A stretch of DNA of 64,000 nt from IMG/VR virus record IMGVR_UViG_3300017783_004014; one strand, written 5' to 3'. The position numbers and the translations under genes were made by a program. The notes under the pieces were generated by a model. It made no database searches. It worked only from the letters and a program-made list of their open reading frames with translations, and was not told where the DNA came from. Each line of letters begins with the position of its first letter. Position 1 is the first letter of the stretch. The DNA is from a virus. Positions 57,240 through 64,000 of the stretch are shown here, one piece after another.

Positions 57240-57435
57240 TTAATCCCTCCAACACTGGAGGTCCTGAACGAACAATTGGACTACCCCAACTACTCCCAGA
57301 GACCCAATCAGACTGCGGATTACCGAGCCTTTCTCGATTTTTAAATATAGCGATTATACGGCTACTAGATTGTGATAAGTACCTAAAAGTATAGGCGGAT
57401 GACCAAAAGACGAGCCTTACGTAATTGTGTTTCAT
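57232..57435 (-). CDS. Small hypothetical protein coupled to the motA-like gene
   Basis: 67 aa; its stop overlaps the motA-like start. Confidence 0.45.
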   Translation of the reverse strand: MKHNYVRLVFWSSAYTFRYLSQSSSRIIAIFKNRERLGNPQSDWVSGSSWGSPIVRSGPPVLEGLND

Positions 57436-57453
57436 TTGTTTTTTCCTTACTTG

Positions 57454-57705
57454 TTATTTATCGTTCAAGTATGCCAGCTTAAAAAGCATACTATTTTTCG
57501 AATCTAATATTAAATAAAAGTCAAACTCAGCCATTGGCGCAAGTGCTCTAGCTTGTGGAAAATTTACTTTACTGTTATTAACAGACCAGGCATCCAATAC
57601 TTTAAATTGATTTCCTAATTTTCCAAAGTCTTCTATTGTTGCTTGGGTAATTTTAAAACATTCGTTATCTTGACTAACGTAATCATTAACATGTTCTATG
57701 TTCAT
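57454..57705 (-). CDS. Hypothetical protein
   Basis: 83 aa, ends in FKLAY. Confidence 0.55.
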   Translation of the reverse strand: MNIEHVNDYVSQDNECFKITQATIEDFGKLGNQFKVLDAWSVNNSKVNFPQARALAPMAEFDFYLILDSKNSMLFKLAYLNDK

Positions 57706-58366
57706 AACAAAGTTTCAATATTTCTTGTACTTCTGTAGATTCATATTTTAGAAGTTCTTGTATTTTACATGTATTCATATACACATATAAGTCGATGTAG
57801 TAAGGTATATCTACATCGACCTTTAATTCATCACATATTTCTTTATAATATTTTAATCCAAATTCCAACTCAACTGTAAATAACCAGCTAAAATCTATAC
57901 TAAATTTATCTGATACTATTTTACCATATGATATTACTTCTTTTTTCATTAATCTTTGATATGTATTAACTACTCTATCAATTGAATATCTTTCAAGTAA
58001 TAACAAACAAGCAAGTGGTTTGTTGTAGAAAAAATTATAATAATAGTTAGGCAAACGTTTGCATTTTTGTTGTTTACCTAAATAATGATTAATTAATTCC
58101 TCATAATAGTAATTGCTTTTTAATACAATTTTATCTTCTATTTCTGAATTAATATAATCGTCTATATCATTTTCAGTTAGTTGTTTGTCTAACAATATTG
58201 TCAAATCTTGTCTTTTGTATTTAATATTATAATAGGTACTAACTAAACCTTTTATAGTATAAACTGTAATAAATTTTTTATCACACTCATTCAAAATATC
58301 TTCAAAGTCAGGCTTTAAAGTAAAAAGATTATTTACAATCTCATTGTTGTAGAATGGATTATCCAT
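57686..58366 (-). CDS. Hypothetical protein
   Basis: 226 aa, very AT-rich, Tyr/Lys-rich. Confidence 0.55.
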   Translation of the reverse strand: MDNPFYNNEIVNNLFTLKPDFEDILNECDKKFITVYTIKGLVSTYYNIKYKRQDLTILLDKQLTENDIDDYINSEIEDKIVLKSNYYYEELINHYLGKQQKCKRLPNYYYNFFYNKPLACLLLLERYSIDRVVNTYQRLMKKEVISYGKIVSDKFSIDFSWLFTVELEFGLKYYKEICDELKVDVDIPYYIDLYVYMNTCKIQELLKYESTEVQEILKLCYEHRTC

Positions 58367-59285
58367 TCAATGTCCGTGCTATTTCTATCATTGTAGCACT
58401 TAAATTTATTTCAGGGTCTGCTACCTGTGTATGTTTAATCATACCTTCTCTGATTGCAAGAACACAACTATCATATGTAAAATCATCTTTTGTATACAAA
58501 TCAATATTCTTATACAACCATGTGTAAATTTCATTGTATTCATCTGCACGTGCGCTCTTGATAATTAACTTACGTGCATCTTGTATCTTGCCTTCTTTGA
58601 ACATCTCAACCATTGCAAGACGCCACTCTGCTGTACTAGTTCCATCTTCTGGCATTGCTAGTACATTGTCTACAATAGTCATCTGTACTGTATTAATAGT
58701 TTTACGTAAGTCAGGATAGTTTGCACGTACCATTGCATCTAGTGTTTCAATATCAAATTCTACTCCGTTGTCTGCAAGAATCTCGCCAACACGAACTGTA
58801 AAGTCTGTTTGATCTAATTGTGTAATATGAAATCCTTGACACCTACTATGTAGTGCAGGAATAATCATATTAGGATAGTTACAAGTAAGAATAAATCTCA
58901 CACTAGCATGATACTGTTCCATTACACCACGCAGAGCCGCTTGACCTTCTGGCGAAATATGATCAGCCTCATCGAGTAGAATAACTTTAAACTCACCCCA
59001 AGGCATAGTTTCACTAAACGCACTAATACGTTTACGAATCATTTCAACGCCATTATCTCTACTAGCATTAATATAAAGAACATCTGCGTGTTCAACTTTT
59101 AGTTCTGCAATAAGAACTCTTGCTAGTGTAGTTTTACCTGTGCCAGGGCTACCGCTAAACAATAGATGTGGAATACCTCCATCATCTATCCAGTTTTGTA
59201 CCTGCTTACGCTGTGCATTGTCTTTGAATACATATGTATCAACACTACTAGGTCGATACTTTTCTACCCATAAATCTTTGGCCAT
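58359..59285 (-). CDS. Sliding-clamp loader ATPase subunit (T4 gp44/RFC small subunit-like)
   Basis: LWVEKYRP, GSPGTGKTT, INASRD, ILLDEADH, RFILTCNY, SRC, DLRKTIN. Confidence 0.95.
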   Translation of the reverse strand: MAKDLWVEKYRPSSVDTYVFKDNAQRKQVQNWIDDGGIPHLLFSGSPGTGKTTLARVLIAELKVEHADVLYINASRDNGVEMIRKRISAFSETMPWGEFKVILLDEADHISPEGQAALRGVMEQYHASVRFILTCNYPNMIIPALHSRCQGFHITQLDQTDFTVRVGEILADNGVEFDIETLDAMVRANYPDLRKTINTVQMTIVDNVLAMPEDGTSTAEWRLAMVEMFKEGKIQDARKLIIKSARADEYNEIYTWLYKNIDLYTKDDFTYDSCVLAIREGMIKHTQVADPEINLSATMIEIARTLNG

Positions 59286-59311
59286 AATTATACCTCTGTT
59301 AAGTTGTTGTT

Positions 59312-59340
59312 ATTGTATAATTTTTTTAGCAAATTGTCAA
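59312..59340 (-). promoter_or_regulatory. Sigma70-type promoter for the clamp loader
   Basis: TTGACA-N17-TACAAT. Confidence 0.8.
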
Positions 59341-59522
59341 ACATTTCTTTTTCTTTTGAACATTTTTTTGACTTTTTTAAACATGATACGTTTTTTCCTT
59401 ACACATAACATAAAGGGAGCACCTTTAGGCCAGCCATCTCGCTCCCAATCTATTCCTTTGGCTTCATCTTCACGACGTTTTTCTTCCGCCATGGCAACTA
59501 CCCATCCTAGCCATGCACTCAT
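59337..59522 (-). CDS. Small basic hypothetical protein
   Basis: 61 aa, Lys/Arg-rich tail, SD AGGAG. Confidence 0.5.
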   Translation of the reverse strand: MSAWLGWVVAMAEEKRREDEAKGIDWERDGWPKGAPFMLCVRKKRIMFKKVKKMFKRKRNV

Positions 59523-59534
59523 AAAGTTCTCCTA

Positions 59535-60371
59535 TTAAGTGTTGTGTAGGTAACCAGTAAGGCTGAGTGATACTTTAACACTCATACCAGCATTTGTACT
59601 ACAATGGTATACATGCTCTGGTAACTCATAAACATCACCACTTTTCCACCTAGGATAAAATGTGTTTGCCATTTGTAACATATGTCCCCAATGCCAATCT
59701 GTGATAAACACCAAGTATCTAACAATCCTGCCGCCATCACATCTACGTGTTTCTGCACTTGGATTTAAATGTTCATTTAGTCTATACCAGTTTCCCATAA
59801 AATCAAAGTGGAAAGGCAATGTTTGTCCAGGTAAGTATGCTAATAAACGTGGTAAACATGTTTCCATATCCATACCCAATTCGTCAAACATTTCTTGACC
59901 AATCATTTGCTTAATTTGGTTACTTGTGTCTCCATATAGACCCCAATTATATTCGCAATTGTTAGCCCAATTGTATCCGCATTTCATTGGCAAGTTTAAT
60001 GTAAGCTCGTTAACACCTGCATGATATGGTCGTTTCTCAGTAAATTTTTTCTGACATGTTGCTTCATTGTCCAACATATACTGGATCCATTTATCTTTAT
60101 TGTCTGATACTTGGCGGAAGTTTCCGATATAATCTTGTGCAGGGTCACGTTCTGTAGTTAGGTCTGCGCCAGTCTCTTCACAAAATTTAATCCATTCCTT
60201 GTCGGGTCTATCACGAAGAAAGTCAAACAGCGTTACTTCTGGATATCTCGCCATCTCACTATTCTTCATGTAATAGTTAATGTCTTCTGGAACGGTTCCG
60301 TAATCACCTAATACTACTTTAAATTCTGTGTTATCATCTGACCACAGTTCATCTTTTTCATCTTCTGACAT
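59535..60371 (-). CDS. 2OG-Fe(II)-type oxygenase
   Basis: YLPGQTLPFHFD, RYLVFITDW..G, VYHCSTNAG..KVSL. Confidence 0.75.
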   Translation of the reverse strand: MSEDEKDELWSDDNTEFKVVLGDYGTVPEDINYYMKNSEMARYPEVTLFDFLRDRPDKEWIKFCEETGADLTTERDPAQDYIGNFRQVSDNKDKWIQYMLDNEATCQKKFTEKRPYHAGVNELTLNLPMKCGYNWANNCEYNWGLYGDTSNQIKQMIGQEMFDELGMDMETCLPRLLAYLPGQTLPFHFDFMGNWYRLNEHLNPSAETRRCDGGRIVRYLVFITDWHWGHMLQMANTFYPRWKSGDVYELPEHVYHCSTNAGMSVKVSLSLTGYLHNT

Positions 60372-60424
60372 TATTGTCTCCTTAAAAATATATACCGATG
60401 CATATATTTATTTAATTATTTCCA

Positions 60425-60532
60425 TCAGTCTTGCTGAACGTTTTTTGTATATCTGCCAGTGTAATATCCTAACGCAAATGCAGATGCTAAACTCGCTAAA
60501 ATAATCACGGCGTGCCAAATTAAAAATGACAT
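60425..60532 (-). CDS. Small membrane peptide (35 aa)
   Basis: Hand-translated MSFLIWHAVIILASLASAFALGYYTGRYTKNVQQD; SD GAGGAG. Confidence 0.5.
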   Translation of the reverse strand: MSFLIWHAVIILASLASAFALGYYTGRYTKNVQQD

Positions 60533-60536
60533 ATTT

Positions 60537-60680
60537 TTACTCCTCTATATAATGATGTGGGAAAGCCTTAGGACGATTGTCCTTTATATATTCCATGTGA
60601 GCTTCGGCTTCTTGTCTTGTCTCAAAACTTGCTACACATACAGGATCGTCCATGCGTGGTTGATACATAACTTTAGTCAT
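60537..60680 (-). CDS. Small hypothetical protein (47 aa)
   Basis: Hand-translated MTKVMYQPRMDDPVCVASFETRQEAEAHMEYIKDNRPKAFPHHYIEE; SD AGGAG. Confidence 0.55.
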   Translation of the reverse strand: MTKVMYQPRMDDPVCVASFETRQEAEAHMEYIKDNRPKAFPHHYIEE

Positions 60681-60864
60681 TTTTTTCTCCTAATTTAATG
60701 ATTCCGTTTTCCCAATTGGCAACAACATCTTCTGCATAATATATACTTTTGCCTTTCAGAGGCCTAACCTCTTTTAAAACATCATTTTCATACAAATATA
60801 CACAAAACATATCCTCTTCATTTGCTCGCAAAAAACTTACATTAGCAATTTCAGCTCTACGCAT
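60673..60864 (-). CDS. Small hypothetical protein
   Basis: MRRAEI..KSIYYAEDVVANWENG; start moved to ATG 60864. Confidence 0.55.
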   Translation of the reverse strand: MRRAEIANVSFLRANEEDMFCVYLYENDVLKEVRPLKGKSIYYAEDVVANWENGIIKLGEKND

Positions 60865-61630
60865 TTTGTTCACCTTCAACTTCTCTGTAGAATTGTATAT
60901 TAATACCACTTTTTAAAAAGTCAATATCTTTTTCTTCTTTCCACGATTCTACTACACTCATATGAATTTGGCAAGCATCAAATAGCATAATGTCACCAAC
61001 TTCAAACTTAAAAATATTTTCGTAATCTAAATCTTCTACTGTATCTTTTGGCAACAATGGATTTCTAAAATCGCTTTCTAACTTGGGTCCATATTCATAA
61101 AATTCTGGATACTCTCTAGCAATTTCATACAAACTATTTTCTTGTTCACTTCTGCCACCCTTATCTAGGGTTATACTATGACCAATATGTCGTTGTCTAA
61201 AAAATGCAGTATATGCTTCAGCATCTTCATTTATAACAAGAGGAATAATAGCACTTTTGTATGGTATCATTCTTTTAGTCCATTCAAACATACTCATTTC
61301 ACATTCTGATTGTGTAAGTAAATCACAATGTGCATCATGTAACATAGATGTTATGTAAAAATTTCCTGTATGATGTTCACTAAATTCTCCTATTAGATTT
61401 TTAAAAATATCTTGCATTACTGGAATTTTAGTAAATATTTCATCAATGTCGCATATTGCTTGTAGGTTGCGAGAAGTATCTTGCCACTTGATATTGTATG
61501 CTTCAGTAAACTGATACATTAATAGTTCTTTAATCAAGTCTTTGTCTAAGCAATCTTTTACAAGTTTTGCTTCTTCAAAGTTTTTAATGATAGTATTACG
61601 ATGCGTATTACAATTTTCAATATAACTCAT
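60857..61630 (-). CDS. Putative 2OG-Fe(II)-type oxygenase
   Basis: HDAHCD (HxD), IIPL, GDIMLFDACQIHMS. Confidence 0.55.
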   Translation of the reverse strand: MSYIENCNTHRNTIIKNFEEAKLVKDCLDKDLIKELLMYQFTEAYNIKWQDTSRNLQAICDIDEIFTKIPVMQDIFKNLIGEFSEHHTGNFYITSMLHDAHCDLLTQSECEMSMFEWTKRMIPYKSAIIPLVINEDAEAYTAFFRQRHIGHSITLDKGGRSEQENSLYEIAREYPEFYEYGPKLESDFRNPLLPKDTVEDLDYENIFKFEVGDIMLFDACQIHMSVVESWKEEKDIDFLKSGINIQFYREVEGEQNA

Positions 61631-61803
61631 TTATCTTTTAGCTTTTTTTCCAACTCACCTATTCTTCTAGACATCCATGTATCTACAATTATCATATCTT
61701 CATTAGACATATTCCATTCTGTCTGTGGGCATTTTGCAGTAATTTCGTTCTTCTCAGCTCTGAGTGTAGACAATACTGACCATTCGATGCTATTAAGAGT
61801 CAT
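61627..61803 (-). CDS. Small hypothetical protein (58 aa)
   Basis: Hand-translated MTLNSIEWSVLSTLRAEKNEITAKCPQTEWNMSNEDMIIVDTWMSRRIGELEKKLKDK; stop overlaps the next ATG. Confidence 0.55.
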   Translation of the reverse strand: MTLNSIEWSVLSTLRAEKNEITAKCPQTEWNMSNEDMIIVDTWMSRRIGELEKKLKDK

Positions 61804-61834
61804 TAATTTTCCCAGTTTTTAATTCTAATACTAT

Positions 61835-61866
61835 ATTTATTATAGCATATATTATAATCAATGCAA
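61835..61866 (-). promoter_or_regulatory. Sigma70-type promoter overlapping a late-like AATAAATA
   Basis: TTGCAT-N16-TATAAT with TGn; AATAAATA at 61835-61842. Confidence 0.6.
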
Positions 61867-62442
61867 GTATTTTTTTATTTTTTCTGCTATCCAATTATGA
61901 CTTTTTTGTGTAGGATGTCCATGTTCGCATAGCTCATTATCTTTTGTTTCTTCTTTGTATTGCTGTCTCCAGCCTTGTTGAAATAACATAGGAACATTTA
62001 CTTGCTGAAAATCTAAACTTTGAAAAAATATAGGAGTAATATTATTTGCAATTAACCAATGATAAGTTGATTCAATTTGCATTTTGTATTTTAATTTAAG
62101 CATATGTTCGTTTAAAAAATACTTTGTGTATACTGCATCTTTTTCTTTGCTAGCACCTACTTTAATACACCATTGTCCTAGTCTATCTAATCTATGTTGT
62201 CCATCTTCAAATGCATTTATACGTTCCCAATGAGTCCAGCCAATTATTGCAACACTAATTTTATTGTTGCACACATAGTCATACAAGCGATTAATAATAC
62301 ATCCATTACTACTACCGCTCCATGCATCATTGTATGCATCTATTATTGTAGGAAATGCTGTTGTTTTGTTTTCCATATTTAATGGATCGTTGTCAACAAG
62401 TTCCTGACCCATAACCATACTACAACCGCCTGCATATATCAC
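61858..62442 (-). CDS. SGNH/GDSL-like protein
   Basis: YAGGCS, YNDAWSGSSN, IIGWTHWER, C-terminal HGHPT. Confidence 0.6.
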   Translation of the reverse strand: MIYAGGCSMVMGQELVDNDPLNMENKTTAFPTIIDAYNDAWSGSSNGCIINRLYDYVCNNKISVAIIGWTHWERINAFEDGQHRLDRLGQWCIKVGASKEKDAVYTKYFLNEHMLKLKYKMQIESTYHWLIANNITPIFFQSLDFQQVNVPMLFQQGWRQQYKEETKDNELCEHGHPTQKSHNWIAEKIKKYLH

Positions 62443-63017
62443 TTTCTAACACCAAACTTCATTAGTATACTTGTCCTATATGCACTAATAGGTTCTACTT
62501 TGTGAAAAGTATTTTCACCGCATGCAAATACCCATGCTCTGTTAGGAATGTATCCTATTACTTCGTTTTGTTCACCTATAAGTGTTGTACCTTCTGTAGA
62601 CATGCTTGTATCTCTAGCACAATAAATTTGTAGGCTAGCCATTTCAGACAGCCAGCCTTTAACATCATTATGTTGGTTAAGTTTAAATCCTGCTTTGCAT
62701 CTGTGTATGTCGTATCTTAGTTCTGTGAACTTGCCACGTATTTTGCACACATCTGCAATTGCTTGTAAACATTCTTTGGTAGAAAACATAGCAACAAACT
62801 CTTGCCAAAAAAGTTTATCTTCACCATCTATTTTTGTTATGTCTATTATTGTTTGTTGATTGACTGCATGTCCACTACCTTGTTTAATACCAGTAGTGAC
62901 ACTATCTATTTTGGTGCATAAATCTTTGTAGTATTTTTCTTCAAGAAAGTTGTCAATGAATCCATGATACCACGGATCATCAAAAGTTTGAATATTTTTG
63001 ATTTTATTTTCAATCAT
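62439..63017 (-). CDS. 2OG-Fe(II) oxygenase (prolyl-hydroxylase-like)
   Basis: DPWYHGFIDNFL, LNQHND, QIY, TFHKV, RTSI. Confidence 0.8.
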   Translation of the reverse strand: MIENKIKNIQTFDDPWYHGFIDNFLEEKYYKDLCTKIDSVTTGIKQGSGHAVNQQTIIDITKIDGEDKLFWQEFVAMFSTKECLQAIADVCKIRGKFTELRYDIHRCKAGFKLNQHNDVKGWLSEMASLQIYCARDTSMSTEGTTLIGEQNEVIGYIPNRAWVFACGENTFHKVEPISAYRTSILMKFGVRK

Positions 63018-63234
63018 GACAACTTGGATTATCTTTCATAACTTGGTGATTATGTATTATAGCAAAAATAGTTTTTTTATACCTATCACCATATTCTAAC
63101 AAATCATCTATTTGTCTTTGTATATAGATTGGCATATCAATATAATTGTCTATGATATATTCGTCTACAATTTCGTTTGCTTTGGCGACATTTGCGAACA
63201 ATACCATGGCTACAACTATACTTATTTTTTTCAT
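63010..63234 (-). CDS. Small secreted hypothetical protein
   Basis: Signal peptide MKKISIVVAMVLFANVAKA. Confidence 0.55.
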   Translation of the reverse strand: MKKISIVVAMVLFANVAKANEIVDEYIIDNYIDMPIYIQRQIDDLLEYGDRYKKTIFAIIHNHQVMKDNPSCHD

Positions 63235-63638
63235 TACATTTTACTCATCATTTCTTTCATTAATTCCATTACATCTAGCACCTGACATGGCTGTGCAAAA
63301 TACTCTTGTTCTATCCACTCTTGTTTTTTAGTAATCCAAGGCGTGGTAAAACTATGATCACCATTACCATTATCAAATGTACAATAGTTCCATACTCTAC
63401 ATGTGCAGGGTAAATGTGTTATACCTAACCTAGGGGCTAAGTAAATCCTATGGTTTCCTGTGTTTAATCTTACTTTCCTACTAAAAACTCCTACTCCAAT
63501 TTCTATAGGTTCTGTAATACCATTTGCAATAATATCTTCCATAAGTTCGAGATCATTGTTAGGACTTGGAGTAGGATTGCGCCACTTTTCAATCATTAAG
63601 ACTGGAAGATCTTGGATTGCAGCGGCAGGATATGTCAT
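63234..63638 (-). CDS. ParB/Srx-like N-terminal domain protein
   Basis: EDIIANGITEPI, TGNHR, LGITHLPC. Confidence 0.6.
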   Translation of the reverse strand: MTYPAAAIQDLPVLMIEKWRNPTPSPNNDLELMEDIIANGITEPIEIGVGVFSRKVRLNTGNHRIYLAPRLGITHLPCTCRVWNYCTFDNGNGDHSFTTPWITKKQEWIEQEYFAQPCQVLDVMELMKEMMSKM

Positions 63639-63641
63639 TGT

Positions 63642-64000
63642 TTAGTAAGTTTCAACAATCTTATCTGCAATTTTATATTTAACTGCTTCATCTGCACTTA
63701 GCCATACATCTTCTGCTGGTAATAATACTTCTCTAATTACCTTTTCACTTAACCCAGTGCATTTTTTATAATGCTGTAACATACGTTCTGTACTAAGTTC
63801 AAACTCTTTTACACGTGCAAATAATTCATGTTCTTTACCGCCTGAACCCCAACTGTATTGATGTGACAAAATACTTGTATTAGGTGTAATAGCCCTATGA
63901 CCTTTTGTTCCAGCCATAAATGTTAAAACACCACAGCTTGCTATTAGTCCTAGCCCCACTGTATGAACTGGAATTGCACTACCCTTCATTGTATCAATAA
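63642..64000 (-). CDS. clpP: ClpP-family protease (5' end outside window)
   Basis: DTMK..PVHTVGLGLIASCG (Ser), SHQYSWG (His), EDVWLSADEA..KIAD. Confidence 0.88.
   Translation of the reverse strand, partial: IDTMKGSAIPVHTVGLGLIASCGVLTFMAGTKGHRAITPNTSILSHQYSWGSGGKEHELFARVKEFELSTERMLQHYKKCTGLSEKVIREVLLPAEDVWLSADEAVKYKIADKIVETY

Noticed and set aside
59111-59122. TAAGA-AC-TCTTG palindrome inside the clamp-loader gene
   Set aside because: It matches the operator consensus but lies in coding DNA with no adjacent promoter; treated as a chance hit
27009-59285. Inteins or introns in the radical SAM genes, thyX or the clamp loader
   Set aside because: Protein lengths are normal and no splicing motifs or homing-endonuclease ORFs were seen
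923-63645. The many 60-135 aa ORFs on the opposite strand or in alternative frames inside larger genes (e.g. 1497-1871, 17578-17985, 21489-21800, 25097-25453, 59140-59538)
   Set aside because: They are shadows of confidently assigned genes, with biased composition and no RBS or motifs
1-64000. tRNA genes, rRNA, CRISPR arrays or long tandem repeats
   Set aside because: Intergenic gaps are almost all under about 130 bp or filled by micro-ORFs; no cloverleaf with GTTCRAATC-type T-loop or repeat-spacer pattern was seen by eye
1-64000. Alternative genetic code (stop-codon reassignment, as in some large phages)
   Set aside because: Recognisable enzymes are uninterrupted in code 11 and genes pack with ATGA/TAATG overlaps; no conserved protein looks split at TAG or TGA
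1-64000. A cellular (bacterial chromosome) origin suggested by gap, metK, pckA, pepA and clpP
   Set aside because: These genes are isolated from their usual operons and interleaved with T4-like rnh, clamp loader, late promoters and many small phage-type ORFs; a phage is much more likely, though no capsid or terminase gene is in the window to prove it

Overview
AT-rich, gene-dense 64-kb segment of a large (jumbo-type) tailed-phage genome, read in standard code 11. Phage evidence: T4-like RNase H and clamp-loader subunit, ThyX, Tdk, a MoxR/VWA pair, and both sigma70-type and T4-late-like (NATAAATA) promoters. No structural genes, tRNAs or CRISPR arrays were seen. Genes run mostly on the + strand to ~48.1 kb and on the - strand afterwards. 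The window carries many host-like metabolic genes (pepA, gap, class I fba, short pckA, metK, sufE, queE, PMM-like HAD, UGD-like, clpP, degP). The standout is a ~21.6-kb, 20-gene block (26291-47941) that looks like a biosynthetic or tailoring cluster: nine radical SAM enzymes (eight with an N-terminal twitch domain), an amidinotransferase, a PLP enzyme, an SDR, three 2OG/Fe(II)-type oxygenases (one KdoO-like), a sulfotransferase-like protein, an MTA/SAH nucleosidase and three tandem paralogs of an unknown SAM-fold-like family. Its product is unknown. Also notable: a MotA/TolQ-type channel trio, a subtilase with an autotransporter-like barrel, a secreted polysaccharide lyase, a shared palindromic operator in early promoters and a late-promoter/RBS hairpin switch. 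All functional calls come from motif reading by eye, not database searches.
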